Positions 11,431-26,700 are shown, numbered from the stretch's first letter. The stretch: DNA of 64,000 nt from Mobula hypostoma (GCF_963921235.1 NC_086097.1:101620001-101684000); one strand, 5' to 3'. Program-made: numbers and translations. The notes: a model not told the origin generated them from the letters alone.

Positions 11431-13119
11431 TGGTTGTAAAGCACCTCTTTTGCATGGGAGTAAATCAGCTGACTGCCGGCACTCTCCCCTGCAGTAGCCT
11501 GGCCCTCAGATAGACCGCTCAGGAAGCCGCGCCACCTTCCGTGTCCATGGAGGCTGCTGACTGGCTGCGTGCTTGGTGCCAGTAGCCACACATGGCCAGG
11601 AGCACTGAGAACCCTGTGCTGGGACACCGTGGATGGCATCCCGGGAGAAAGTGGGATGAGGCAGATCCCAGTATCTTGGAAATGACTGGTAGCTCATTCA
11701 AGTCACACTCTCTGAGAAGGTTAGGGTAGGTTTAAAAGTCTAACCAGCGCATCAAACAACAGCTAGCTGCACTATCTGCATTAAAGAGTCTCCACTGTTT
11801 CTGCAGGCTGGTTCTATTCTTCCAGAGAAGGAATGCACCTTGTCACGGTCCAGCTCACCTGCAGACTGAGAGCAAGGGAACATGTCATAGAGTCATACAG
11901 CACACACACAGATCCTTTGGACCACCAGTTCAATGCCTGGTCCACTTCCCCCCGTATCCTGGCAATTAAAATGTTTGTCTACATACTTTTTAAATGCATA
12001 GTATCTGTCTCCTTCATCTCTTTATGCCATTGCGATAAAGTTCTTTCTCAGATTCCCCTTAGACTACTTACCCCTAACCCACTGCCCTCAGATAACTGCA
12101 TCACGGGGGAAAGTGTAGCAGTTTCTAGCTATTCGGTACAGCTTACAATTTTGTACCCCTCTGTCAGGTCTCCGTCAGCCTCCTCCATTCCTGGGAGAAT
12201 AGACACAGCTTCTACCGTGTCTCCTCTCAAATGAAGAACTCTATCCCAGGCAACATCTTGAAGACTCTCCTCCGCGTTCTCTGCAGTCCAGTTGCACCCT
12301 TCCTACAGGACAGATTGTGATCACTGGCAGTGACCAGAGCTACACGTACTGTGTAAAACTATTTGTTTTATTACAGATATTAATCTGACCTCACTAAAGT
12401 CAAAGTTTGAAGTGCATTTATTATCAAAGTATGTATACTATATACTGCAAAACCTTCGGTTTCGTCTCCTTACAGGCAGCCACAAAGCAAAGAAACCCAT
12501 TACAAACACCCAATGTGCAGAAAAAAAATATACTTAGCTTTCTTCGTTTTGTTTGCTAGGGGCAAGTAGTTGCTGTGCCTTCTTAAACCGGAAACTTCAA
12601 AACCAACAGATGACAACAAATAATTTTCCTGGAACACCATTGGGCTAAAGAATGGGTAAGAAATTTAGACAGGAGCTGAGGAAGAATTTCTTTCCCAGAG
12701 GGTGTTGGAATCTGGAGAGTGCTGCCTGAAGGGGTGGTGGAGGCAGAGACTCTCTCAACATTTAAGAAATATTGAAGTAAACTCTTGAACTGACAAGGTA
12801 TAAACTCTAGTGGACTAAATCCGAGTAAATGGGGTAGGTATGGATACTTGGGTATTTGATAGTTGGCATAGATTTGGTTGGCCAATGGGCCCATTTCTTT
12901 GCTGTAGATGACATTTCACCGTGATAGCTTAGGAAGTATCTACAAGAAGAGGCAAGAAATAATATTTTAGGGAGGCAAGTCTTGCTCTCAGGATCCTGGC
13001 TATTGAAGGCACAGGTGGAGTGAGTAACACCTTGGGCGCAAGGTGTGCAGAGCCCTCAAACGGGATCGGCCTTTACAGCCACCTGAGAACCCACCACCAA
13101 TAGACAATTCACTTAGTCA

Positions 13120-13930
13120 ACAGGCAATCATTGATAGCATTCATTTCAGGAAGATCAGAATATAAAAGCAAGAATGTACTGTCCAGGCTTTATAAAACAT
13201 TGGTCAAACTGCATTTGTGAGCAGGTTTGGGCCCTGTATATATGTGTTGGGCCCTGGAGAGGGTCCTGAGGAGGTTCACAGGAATGATTTACCATATGAG
13301 GAACATTTAATATCTCTGGGCCTGCACTGGCCGGAGTTCAGAGGGATAATCAGGGTCACTGAAAGCTAGCAGATACTGAAAGGCCTGGATAGCTTGGGCT
13401 TTCAGAGGATGGCTCGATTAGTCGTTATTTATTATTAATAATATTTCCTTTCTTTTTGCAACTTATTTAATTTTATTTTATTTCTATTATATACTTACTG
13501 TAATTTATAGTTTTTATTATTATGAATTGCAAGGTACTGCTGTCGCAAAACAACAAATTTCACAACGTGCCAAACATTTCTGATAAACTATTGATTAATT
13601 ATTATAATCAATACATAAATTAATGAACAAATAAATTAATGATGAATACTTAATATATTATTTATTCCATTAGTCTTCGGATCTGAGGGCACACTCAGAA
13701 TAGAGGGGTGTGCCTTTAAAAATGTGATGCAGAGGGTTTTCTCCAGCCACAGGATGGTGAATCTGTGGAAATTGTTGCCACAGACGGCTGTGGAGGCAAA
13801 GTCACTGAGTGTACTCTAGGCAGAGATTGCTAGGTCCTTAAATGATGAAGCGGGCTAAGCCAGGAGAATAGACTTGGAAAAAACCTGCCAAGAATGGCCT
13901 AATTCTGTTCCTGTATCTTATGGTGTCATG
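13120..13930 (+). mobile_element. CR1 LINE 3' fragment split by an AT-rich LINE-tail insertion (about 13424-13668)
   Basis: LYKTLVKL / LERVLRRFT remnants; ATTAGTC direct repeat at 13417-13423 and 13669-13675. Confidence 0.65.
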
Positions 13931-14625
13931 GCAAAATAAGGGAGGGGAGGCCTGAACAAGGAAGTGACTTAAAACAGACATGGAGCCACAGAATCCAATA
14001 TGTATTGGGGGCACAGTAGTAGTAAATTAATTAGGTAGCTTGTGTTACATTGTGGGCACAGAGATTTTAATGGGCTCTGGTCTGCGCTATTTGTCTGCAG
14101 TGGTGAGAACCTCATACTTTACTCCTCCCTCTTCACTGAATCTGAAGGTAACCCTTCCCTTACACCATTAACAGCCTGGGACATTGCAGACAACGTCACA
14201 GGACCATTAAGAGCTGAAGGAATCCTCATCCTCCAATACAGACTTTCACCAGAATATATACTTTTCCAATCGCAGCGCCATTGGTGGTTCACTGTTGACA
14301 GAGTAAAACTCGGAGCATGGGCTCTGATAACATCCAACCCAGTGCATGGCACTCTTGCCATCAGAGGTTTCAAATCCCACCCCAGGACTTGAGCACATAA
14401 CCCAGACCTCATGAGGAAGTGTGTGGGTGACAGAGGTGAAACAAACTATTGGTCTCTTCATTGGAAGCAAAGTACTCTATAGCCTCAGATGCAGAGCTGG
14501 TGAGGTCTTTTCTTCATAAAACTGCAAAAGTCACTCCCCGTCTAGGGACATCTCCTCTGTAACCCAATCTTCTGAATTAATCTTGTACCGAAAGAAACCC
14601 AAGATCAGCAAGAGAACAGCCTCAC

Positions 14626-14729
14626 CAAAGTTCTCACCACCCCAGATGTCCATTTGTGTGTCGTATCTTCCAAGGTGGTTAAACCAGGATTTATTTATGA
14701 CAAAGATCCCTCCAGCGATAACAGGGGTC
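14626..14729 (-). CDS. GALNT16: GALNT16-like exon (104 nt): [34 protein letters not shown](E)
   Basis: Within ORF 14531..14815; ttccatAG / GTgagg sites; Gal/GalNAc-T motif WGGEN. Confidence 0.96.
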
Positions 14730-15149
14730 CTATGGAAATAAAGCAGAGGCGTCAGCCACAGCTCGTTGGAGCCTGAAGACGATGGGTTCAAAGCCCACAC
14801 CAGATGGCCGAGCATGATAATTACACCACATTAGGAGATTTAAACTTCAAATGAGTGTAAAGAGGAGAAAGACAACTGCACTTCGTAATGGAAAATGAAA
14901 TAGATAGGATTGCACTGAGAGCAGGCATAAAGCTGATGATTGAGCTTGCTACAAAGATACAAGCTTGTAAGGACTTAACAAAAAAAGGAAATCAACCGAA
15001 ACAATTTACTTAGAACAAAAAAAAGAGCAACAACAGAAAACCATGAAAACGATGATCAAATGGAAATCTATCAAACCAAGAGCAAGAATATATCACCACG
15101 ATTGGCACGTCATGGATCAATAAAGAAAATAACAGCAATGTTCAAACTG

Positions 15150-15635
15150 ACAAGGTGCAGGAGTGATTTACCAGGATGATGCCTAGATTAGAGGTCATGT
15201 GTTAAAAAGAGAGACTGGATATACTTGGGTTGTTTTTTCTGGAGAAGTGGAGGCTGAGGGGAGATCTGATAGAGGTTCATAAGATTATGAGAGGCAGTGA
15301 TAGAGAGGTTATGAGAAGCATATAGCTGGTATATTTTTCCCAGGGTCAAAATGTTTAATACTAGGGGGCATCCATTTAAGGTGTGAAGGGGATGTACAAG
15401 GCAAATTGGTGAATGCCTGGAATACACTCTCAGAGGTAATACTGGAGGCAAATATGATAGAAGCATTTAAGAAGCTCTTAGAGAGGCACATGATATGCAG
15501 AGATTGGAAGAGTGCAAACTTTTGTAGGCCAAAGGGGAGTTGTTTATTAGGCTTCAATTCACTAGTTTAAATTAGTTCAGCACATCATCATGGGCTAAAG
15601 TGCCTGTTCCTGTGTTGTGTTGTTCTATGTTCTAT
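15150..15635 (+). mobile_element. CR1 LINE 3' fragment
   Basis: RLRGDLIEVHKIMRG remnant and a ttctatgttctat tail. Confidence 0.7.
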
Positions 15636-16097
15636 CAAGTTAAAGGCACAAAATACACAAAGACTACAATGTAAGGATAAACATTACAATACTAAGGAAT
15701 TAATTTGGTGAGCACAACAACCTTCACCATCATCCAGCAGCGGACAGTATGGACAAGTATTTAATTGGGGGAGGGTGAATTTTAATGCTATTGGGCAGGA
15801 ACTTGGGATCATAAATTGGGAACAGATGTACTCAGGGAGATGCACAAAGGGAATGTGGAGGGTGTTGGGGGAGCACTTGCATGGGGTTCTGGATAGGGTG
15901 AAAGAAACGAAATGTGAAACATCAAGTCAAGACGAAGAAGGAAACTTATTTAAAGTTTGGGAAATACAGATCAGTCAGGAGGAGTTCAGGAAGAGACTCT
16001 GGAGAGTTGGGTGGGTGGGGGAGATGGGCATAAGAAGGTTTTGGTGAGGAAAACCCCAAAGCATTCTACACATACAAGAAGTACGGGAGGATGGCTC

Positions 16098-17686
<1,589 letters not shown>

Positions 17687-18903
17687 TAGATCCATTTAGG
17701 GATAAAAGAGAAATCAAGTGTCTGTGGTCAAGGGGGCGAGGGAAGGTCCTGAATGAATACTGTGCTTTAGTATTCACCAGTGAGAGGGACCTTACCCAAT
17801 GCCAGAACAGAGAAGAAAAGCCTAGTATGCTGGAGCACGTCGATTTTAAGAAAGAGGATGTGCTGGACTTTTTAAAAAAAACATTTGGATAAGTAAGTCC
17901 CCCATGCCAGACAGGATACAATCCTAGGTTACTATGGGAAGTGAGGGAGGAGTTTGCTGTACCTTTGGTGATGATCTTAGTGTCCTCACTGGCCATAGGA
18001 GTAGTACCAGAAGAATGGAGGGTTTCAAGTGTATTTCTTTATTCAGGGTAATAGAGATAATTCTGGGAATTATAGGCCAGTGAATCTTATATCAGTGGTG
18101 GGCCAACTATTGGAGAGGATTCTGAGGGATGGGATTTATTAGTATTTTCAGAAGCATAGACTGATGAGCGATTGTTAGCAGGGCTTTGTGAGGGGCAGGC
18201 CATGACTCATAAACCAGATTGAATTTGAGGAAGCCACAAAACAAACTAAAGCAGTGGATGTGGCGTACGTGAATTTTAGTATGGCATTCGGACATTCAAT
18301 AGCGTTCCCCATTCAGAGAGTCACGAGAATGGAATGCAGACAAACATGGTTACGTGGATACAGAATTGACCTGACTGAAGGTCAGTGACCAGTTGTGTTC
18401 TGCAGGGCTGAGTTCTGGGACCCCTGCTCTTAGTGATTTTTATAAAAGACTTGAGGAGTTGGAAGGATGGATTAGTAAGTTTGCAGATAACATGAACGTT
18501 GGTGGAGTTGTGAACAGTGTAGAAAGTTGTCATGTGTTACAACGCGACATCGATAGGATGGGCCGAGAATTTGCAGATAGAGTTCAATCCAGAAAAGTGT
18601 GAAGTGATTCACTTTGGAAATTTGAAATTGAAGACAGAAATCAGGGTTAATGGTAGGATTCTTAACAGTCTAGAGGATCAGAGGGATCTGGAGTCCACAC
18701 CCATAGAGTCCTCAAAGTTGCTGCACAAGTTGATAGGGTGGTTAGCCTTAATTAGTTGGGGGATTTTGTTCAAGAGCCATGTGGTAATGTTGCAGCTCTA
18801 TAAAACCCTAGTTAGACCACACTTGGAGTATTGTGTTCAGTTCTGGTCACCCTATTGGAAGGACGTAGAAGGTTTGGAGAGGGTGCAGAGAGATTTATCA
18901 GGA

Positions 18904-19107
18904 CAACACACAGAAAATGCTGGAGGAACTCTGCAAATCAGGCAGCATCTATGGAGAGGAGAAAACAATTGACATTTCAGGTTGAAACTCTTTATCAGGA
19001 CAAGATGGTTACTCCTTTCCATAGACGCTGCCTGACCTGCTGAGTTCCTCCTGCATTTTGTGTGTGTTACTCTGGATTTCCAGCATTTGCTGAACTTCTT
19101 GTGTTTA
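18904..19107 (-). mobile_element. Older palindromic Penelope pseudo-LTR-derived element inserted in CR1
   Basis: Inverted arms caacacacagaaaatgctggaggaactc.../...gagttcctcctgcattttgtgtgtgtt; imperfect TSD AGATTTATCAGGA/AGATTTACCAGAA. Confidence 0.75.
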
Positions 19108-20221
19108 AGATTTACCAGAATGCTGCCTGGATTAGAGAACAGAGAGAGGACAGTTAGTGCCTTTGTCCCAGGGTGGAAATGGCTAATATGAGAGGGCATA
19201 ACTTTAAGGACTTTGCAGGAAAGTACTGTATAGGGGGATTCTTACACAAAGTGATAGATGGATGGGATGTCCTGCCTGGGGTGGTGGTAGAAGCAGATAC
19301 ATTAGGGACATTTAAAGACACTTAGTTAGGGACATGGATGAAATAAAACTGGAGTGCTATGTAGGATGGAAGGGTTAAATCTTAGAGTAGGTTAAAGGGT
19401 AGGAACAGCATCGTGGATCAAAGGGTTTACACTGTGCTGTAATTTTCTATGTTCTGTGTTAAAAAAAGGTGAAAAATGTAATGAAAGCAATTAAAATTTA
19501 CCAGGTTTTATGATGCTGGAACAAAATCTACAGATGCTGGAAATCAGAAACAACCAGAAAATGCTGGAAACTTCAGCACCCACGCATCATCCACAGGGAG
19601 GGAAGGAGTGAACACTTTCAGTTAAAGACCCCTCACCAGAACTGGAAAAGGGAGGAGACAAATGTGTTTTAAATTTCACAGAAGGCTCAAGCCGATTCTT
19701 CTTCCTGTGTAGAAATGTCAGATACTAGAAGGCATAGGTTTAAAGTGACAGCAGTAAAGTTTCAAAGGAATGTATAGGACTGTTTTCTTTTAACAGAGGG
19801 TGTGGTAGGGCCTCAGACACACTAGCAGGGAAGTGGGAGTAGCAGATACAACGGTGGTGTTTAAGAGGCTGTCAGACACATAAATAGCTAACAGTGGAGG
19901 AATATGGAGAGCCATGGTCCCAGTGCAGGTCGATGGACAGAAGCAATTTAAATGGTTCGGCATGGACTCGGTGGAACGAAGGGCCTGTTTCTGTGCTGTA
20001 CTTTTCTGTGACTCTCTGATGTGCAGGGAGAGGCGATTAGTTTAATTGGGCATCATGATTGCAGAGACATCAAAGGGCTCGTTCCTGTGCTGTACTGTTC
20101 TATGTTCTCCCCATGTGTGGGGGAACCAGAGAAAGCAGTTCATTCAACGACAGCAGCTGCTGTGGCAGTCAGTCAGGCAACTAACACTGGAGTGAATGCC
20201 AGCAGTTCGCCCACCACTCAC

Positions 20222-20306
20222 CGGATTGATTGGGTTGGATCTGGCCTTGCCATCCTCTGCTCAAAGGATATCTGTTCCCATTTAAAGTGCAAACTCCAGT
20301 CAAAGC
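20222..20306 (-). CDS. GALNT16: GALNT16-like exon (85 nt): (G)[27 protein letters not shown](R)
   Basis: ttcctgtAG / GTgagt sites; [10 protein letters not shown] motif. Confidence 0.95.
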
Positions 20307-20786
20307 CTACAGGAAGAGGGAGGGAAAAACAGCAGGATGAACTGAGGGGAATCATACTGGGAACCTGCCAGTAAAATGCAGTTGAGGGGAACACCAATAT
20401 TGTGGCTCACACATTCAGCTCTTGCCTGTACTTCTAACCTCATATTCTCTGCATGTATAGACACGGGATCTGGCTACGACAGGCAGCTTAGCCGAGAAGC
20501 TGGGGGTGATCTGCCTTCTTGAACTACTGCCATCCTTCAGGTGAAGGAGTTTCTAACAGTGCTGAAAGACAGGAACTCAGGATGTAGACCAATATCAGCA
20601 GGCTAAGGCTCTTGTAAGCAGAAGCTGCAGAGGGAGGGGTGGGGGTCCCTGCACCCACTGCCCTAGATCTCGGCTGGGTACTCCAAGTTAATCCAAAATT
20701 AAGCAACTGCAAGAGGCAGAGAGATCAAGATACATACACCCATTTTAATTCCAAATCAGAAAGAAAATAATTTATAAAGTTTACTG

Positions 20787-21001
20787 CAAACAACAGGAAT
20801 TCTGCAGATGCTGGAAATTCAAGCAACATACATCAAAGTTGCTGGTGAACGCAGCAGGCCAAGCAGCATCTATAGGAAGAGGTGCAGTCGACGTTTCAGG
20901 CCGAGTCCTGACGAAGGGTCTCGGCCTGAAACGTCGACTGCACCTCTTCCTATAGATGCTGCTTGGCCTGCTGCGTTCACCAGCAACTTTGATGTATGTT
21001 G
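20787..21001 (+). mobile_element. 215-bp palindromic non-autonomous Penelope-derived element, copy 1
   Basis: Perfect 82-bp inverted arms (20824-20905, 20920-21001) around a 14-nt loop; 15-bp TSD TTATAAAGTTTACTG (20772-20786, 21002-21016); right arm homologous to the pseudo-LTR at about 4354-4440. Confidence 0.92.
20904..20939 (+). ncRNA. Minimal type I hammerhead ribozyme motif (Penelope type)
   Basis: AGTC-CTGACGA-AGG(gtctcgg)CCT-GAAA-CG-TC-GACT: stem I AGTC/GACT, core CUGANGA and GAAA, GUC cleavage triplet, palindromic ACGU in place of stem III. Confidence 0.8.
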
Positions 21002-21119
21002 TTATAAAGTTTACTGATTAGATTTGGGTCTTTAGACTCTTGCGGCTTACAGAAATACATAAAAACTTAAAGAGTGCTTTGGACAGAGTAGTGAGGCAGT
21101 TGCCGTGGACCGTCTGGAC

Positions 21120-21340
21120 CTCCCAAGTCCTGATGAAGGGTCTCGGAACAAAACGTCAACTGTTTATTCCTCTGCATTGATGCTGCCTGACCTACTGAGT
21201 TCCTCCAGCATTTTGTGTGCGTTACTCTGAATTTCCTGACTGCCAGCCATCTTAAGTCTCCTCTTCATTCCCACAATGACGTCTGTCTCCGCTGCCAGGG
21301 TAAGGCGAGACACACACTAGAGGAACAACACCCTAGAATG
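21120..21340 (+). mobile_element. Degenerate Penelope pseudo-LTR with decayed hammerhead and GIY-YIG C-terminal remnant
   Basis: agtcctgatgaagggtctcggaacaaaacgtcaact...gatgctgcctgacctactgagttcctccagcattttg; later ctagaggaacaacac (LEEQH). Confidence 0.6.
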
Positions 21341-21827
21341 GATGTGCACTGTGCCCCATGTACCTCCGACTGATGGGAGAACATCCTGTTGACTCAGGAC
21401 GGCGCTGGGGAGCGGCCCAGTGCCAAGGAGGCACAGACCAGCCACCGTCAAATGCTAAGCCTGCTACTTCAGAGCTCCTCAACCTTGCTTGTCAGAGAAG
21501 AGAAAGGGTAGGGTGGGGAGGAGAGTGGAACTCAGTTGGGCTCAGGGTATGGTGGGCAGACTTCCTCAATCAAGAGGGTGTTCCAGGGTCAGCCCTGAAC
21601 ATAAAGCACTGGAGATGTTACCAAGGATGGGCTATTCATAGAAGATATAATCAGCAGCACGTCACAATGGGCCTCCAGGATGGGCAAGTTAAAATTAACT
21701 TTTCAGAATATATGAGGGGTTAAAGGTCATTCTGATCAGCCAAAACCCACAATTGAGCTATATGCTTGGTCGTTCTAGCCTTGTTTTCTTTGAAAGGAAA
21801 TAGCAATGAAGGAAACACACTCTGTAC

Positions 21828-21915
21828 CTCCCCTCAGATCTGCAGATGCGGCCAAGTAAGCGAAGGTGTCCAGGCTTATGACGTCAATGATGGGGCTCAC
21901 CACCCGAGTATGATC
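21828..21915 (-). CDS. GALNT16: GALNT16-like exon (88 nt): [29 protein letters not shown](G)
   Basis: Within ORF 21775..21975; cccgcAG / GTacag sites; [13 protein letters not shown] matches GALNT16 as I recall it better than GALNT2 or GALNT14. Confidence 0.95.
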
Positions 21916-22199
21916 CTGCGGGGTTGGGAAGAGAACAGTCAGCGTCATTAGCACGGAAAATGGAAACATTCTCAATGCAGGAGAGAATTGTCACTGGTTG
22001 AGCGTATCCTTGAATCCATGAAGTTTGTGCTGCTCGTGTCAAAGGCAGTTTCTACATGCAGGATCCCACAAAGAACAACTGGAAAAAGGATCAGGAAGCC
22101 TTTGCTGGTTTGTCTGCTATTGCAGGGGACCTCTCGCTCCCTCCAGTCACTCTGCTCTCTGAGCAGACAGGCTGCACAGTCTATAGCACTCCACCTCAT

Positions 22200-22480
22200 G
22201 TCAGAAAGGCCTGAGGATAGTGCAGTCCTGAGACCGAATGCAAATCTCAGTTCCGTGACCCTGACGCCCTTCTGAGGGAGTGCCACTTTGTTAGAGCAGC
22301 ACCTTTCAGGTGCCATCACAGGCTACTGACCTCCTTCACACAGATGAACTGGGGAGCTCTCCCCACTTCGTTAGACAATATTTATTCCCCAACCAAAAAC
22401 CAGAAAATCTGTTTTTGTAATATCACATTAGCTATGCATGAGATTTTGCAGTGTACAACCCAGCTGCTACATTTTCATCG
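22200..22480 (+). mobile_element. Possible ancient Deu-domain SINE remnant (AmnSINE1/SacSINE1-like)
   Basis: ctgagggagtgccact...ggggagctctcccc...caatatttattccccaaccaa...atcacatt resembles the Deu core from memory. Confidence 0.4.
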
Positions 22481-23769
22481 TCACACCCAAAAGAAATTCT
22501 GAAACTGATGGAGATCATGGAATAGAAAGTCCTTCTTTCCTCTAGGCTGGACTTCATGAAGGGTTGGAGACACAAAAGGCTGCAGATGCTAGAATCTGAA
22601 GCGACGAACAATCTGCAAGAGGAAATCAGCAGGTCTGTGTGACAAAAGGAATTTTCAACGTTATGGCTCAGGACTGATGCAGGTTTCAATCTGCTTTAAT
22701 CCTGACCCAAATTTCCTCAGCAGCTTGTCTGTTGCTCACGAGATATTGTGCTTACAATGTGCCCATCTACAAGGAATCCAGAGAAGTAATTCAATGGTGG
22801 GGGAGAATTGAAGAGAGTAAAGGATCTGACTTATGAACCACCAAAGACTCCTTTGGTTTATGGTTGCCCGTTTCAGCCTACCACACTTCCCCAGATCATC
22901 CTTACTTGCACAAAGCCAGTAACAGTGGCATTGAAGTAACTTCACTTCTGTTGTCTGCTCCTATTTTGACCAATGCAGCTTAAAAACATTTCCACAAGTA
23001 GGTAGACCTGAGCAAATTTATTAAAGAGCGATAGACCAGATTTAATTTTATCTAACAGCTCTTAAAATAGTGTAAAGGAAAAACACAAATTAACAACTGG
23101 GACATTAGATTGGGTGAGACATATCCCCATACCTTGAGATAGAAAGTGGGCAGAACAATAATCGATCAGCAAGAGGTGTTTCAGAAAGAAGTTAATGTGA
23201 GGGCCAGGTGTTCTGTTTGCCAGCAAATATAACTGTGGTTAGATAGAGGCAAGGAGCAGCAAGGCAAGAAACTCCAGCATTGGGAAGTTATACAGAGGGG
23301 CAGTTAGGCCACAAAATACTGCGAGCCATTGTCTGCAAGTAAGAAAAGAAACTTGCAAAAGATGTCAGAATTAATGTTTACTATTATACTGGTTAAAGAA
23401 GCTACTACTCAGAAGCATTCTGGGCCTCTTCAAAATGGATAACAGTGGTGGAAAGTAAACCATGGCTATGTTGAATGAGTACTTTACAATGGCAGGAGAG
23501 GTTATATTTAAAATAGCCCATGATGAAATTAGGGACAAGGACTTAGAAGATAGAACAGGAGAGTAAACAAACAGGCCTTTCAGCCCACAATGCCTGCCAA
23601 AACTACAATCAATAACCAATTAGTGTCACGAGAGCGATAAGTACATGGGACTAGATGGCTCTTGTCCCAGGTTTTCACTGAGGTAGGTGAGAATACCACG
23701 GACATCCTTGTGATCTTATCCAAAGTCCATCCCTTAGTCTGGAAGACTGCACACGTCATACTGCTGTTT

Positions 23770-26700
23770 CAGATAGATGGGGGAAAGACATCATCAAATG
23801 ATCTCTGGCACTGAGTTTGGTTCTGCAGTGCAGAAGGGAGGGTGGAAAAAGAGGAGAGCGGTAGTGATAGGGGACTCAATAGTCAGAGGTGCAGATAGGA
23901 GGTTCTATGGTCATGACAGAGAATCCAGGATGGTTTGTTGCCTCCTGGGTGCCAGGGTCAAGGATGTCTCTGATCGATTGCATGACATTCTGAAGTGGGA
24001 GGGTGATCAGCCAGATGTCGTGGTGCACATCGGTACCAATGACATAGCAAGGAAGAGTGAGGAGGTCCTGGAGAGTGAGTATAGAGAGCTTGGTAGGAAG
24101 TTGAAAAGCAGGACCTTAAGGGTGGTAATCTCAGGATTGCTACCTGTGCTACGTGCCAGTGAGGCTAAGAATAGGATGCTCTGGAGGATGAACAAGTGGC
24201 TGAGGAACTGGTGTAGGGGGCAGGGTTTCAGATTTCAGGATCATTGGGACCTCTTCTGGGGCAGGTGAGACCTGTACAAGGGAGACGGGTTACACTTGAA
24301 CTACAAGGGGACCAATATCCTTTCAGGGAGGTTTGTTAGTGCTGTTGGGGAGGCTTTAAACTAGATTTGCAGGGGGATGGGAACCAGAGTGCCAGAGCTG
24401 ACAGTGTGGCTGGGGTGAAAATAAATGATGTTAAAAGTTCAAGCAAATCCGCTAATAGAAAGGTTGTGAGTGGTGGTAAAAATCTTCTGAGGTGTATATA
24501 TTTCAATGCTAGGAGTATTGCGGGGAAGGCAGACGAGTTGAGAGTGTGGATTGACACGTGGAATTATGACGTTATAGCAATTAGTGAAACTTGGCTACAG
24601 GAGGGGCAGGACTGGCAGCTTAATATTCCAGGGTTCCGATGTTTCAGATGTGATAGAGGCAGAGGAATGAAAGATGGGGAGGGGGGTAGCATTGCTTGTC
24701 AGGGAAAATGTTACAGCAGTGCTCAGGCAGGACAGATTAGAGGGCTTGTCTACTGAGTCCTTATGGGTGGAGCTGAGAAACAGGAAAGGTATGGCCACAT
24801 TATTGGGGTTGTATTATAGACCACCCAATAGTCAGCGAGAATTGGAGGAGCAAATCTGCAGAGAGATAGCAGGCAACTGCAGGAAACATAAAGTTGTGGT
24901 GGTAGGGGATTTTAATTTTCCACATATTGATTGGCACTCCCATACTGTTAGGGGTCTAGATAGGTTAGAGTTTGTAAAATGTGTTCAGGAAAGTTTTCTA
25001 AATCAATATATAGAGGTACCAACTAGAGGGGATGCGATATTAGATCTCCTATTAGGAAATGAGTTAGGACAAGTGACGGAAGTGTGTGTAGGGGAGCACT
25101 TTGGTTCCAATGATCATAACACCATTAGTTTCAACTTGATCATGGACAAAGATAGATCTGGTCCTAGGGTTGAGGTTCTAAACTGGAAGAAGGCCAAATT
25201 TGAAGAAATGAGAAAGGATCTAAAAAGCGTGGATTGGGACAGGTTGTTCTCTGGCAAGGATGTGATCGGTAAGTGGGAGGCCCTCAAAGGAGAAATTTTG
25301 AGAGTGCAGAGATTGTATGTTCCCTGTCAGGATTAAAGGCAAAGTGAATAGAAATAAGGAACCTTGGTTCTCAAGGGATATTGCAACTCTGATAAAGAAG
25401 AAGAGAGAGCTGTATGGTATGTATAGGAAACAGGGAGTAAATAAGGTGCTTGAGGAGTATAAAAAGTGCAAGAAAATACTTAAGAAGGAAATCAGGAGGG
25501 CTAAAAGAAGACATGAGGTTGCCTTGGCAGTCAAAGTGAAGGATAATCCAAAGAGCTTTTATAGGTATATTGAGAGTAAAAGGATTGTAAGGGATAAAAT
25601 TGGTCCTCTTGAAGATCAAAGTGGTGGGCTATGTGCGGAACCAAAAGAAATGGGGGAGATCTTAAATGGGTTTTTTGCGTCTGTATTTACTAAGGAAACT
25701 GGCATGAAGTCTATGGAATTAAGGGAAACAAGTAGTGAGATCATGGAAACCGTACAGATTGAAAAGGAGGAGGTGCTTGCTATCTTGAGGTAAATTAAAG
25801 TGGATAAATCTCCAGGACCTGACAGGGTATTCCCTTGGACCTTGAAGGAAACTAGTGTTGAAATTGCAGGGGCCCTGGCAGATATATTTAAAATGTTGGT
25901 GTCTACGGGTGAGGTGCCGGAGGATTGGAGAATGGCTCATGTTGTTCCGTTGTTTAAAAAAGGATCAAAAAGTAATCCAGGAAATTATAGGCCGGTAAGT
26001 TTGACGTCGGTAGTGGGTAAGTTATTGGAGGGAATACTAAGAGACAGAATCTACAAGCATTTGGATAGACAGGGACTTATTAGGGAGAGTCAACATGGCT
26101 TTGTGCGTGGTAGGTCATGTTTGACCAATCTATTGGGAGTTTTTCGAGGAGGTTACCAGGAAAGTGGATGAAGGGAAGGCAGTGGATGTTGTCTACATGG
26201 ACTTCAGTAAGGCCTTCGACAAGGTCCCGCATGGGAGGTTAGTTAGGAAAATTCAGTAGCTAGGTATACACGGAGAGGCGGTAAATTGGATTAGACATTG
26301 GCTCGATGGAAGAAGCCAAAGAGTGGTAGTAGAGGATTGCTTCTCAGAGTGAAGGCCTGTGACTAGTGGTGTGCCACAGGGATCAGTGCTGGGTGCATTG
26401 TTATTTGTCATCTATATCAATGATCTGGATGATAATGTGGTAAATTGGATCAGCAAATTTGCTGATGATACAAAGATTGGAGGTGTAGTGGACAGTGAGG
26501 AGGGTTTTCAAAGCCTGCAGAGGAATTTGGACCAGCTGGAAAAATGGGCTGAAAAATAGCAGATGGAATTTAATACAGACAAGTGTGAGGTATTGCACTT
26601 TGGAAGGACAAACCAAGGTAGAACATACAGGGTAAATGGTAAGGCACTGAGGAGTGCAGTAGAACAGAGGGATCTGGGAATACAGGTACAAAATTCCCTA

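Noticed and set aside
14335..14470. Conserved regulatory element from an ancient SINE head
   Set aside because: Only a weak resemblance from memory (gtttcaaatcccaccccaggacttgagcacataa); conservation cannot be assessed here.
20808..21017. Duplicated 65-69 aa ORF (also 28794..28991) as a small protein gene
   Set aside because: Lies wholly within the palindromic element and reads on both strands through symmetry; no coding evidence.
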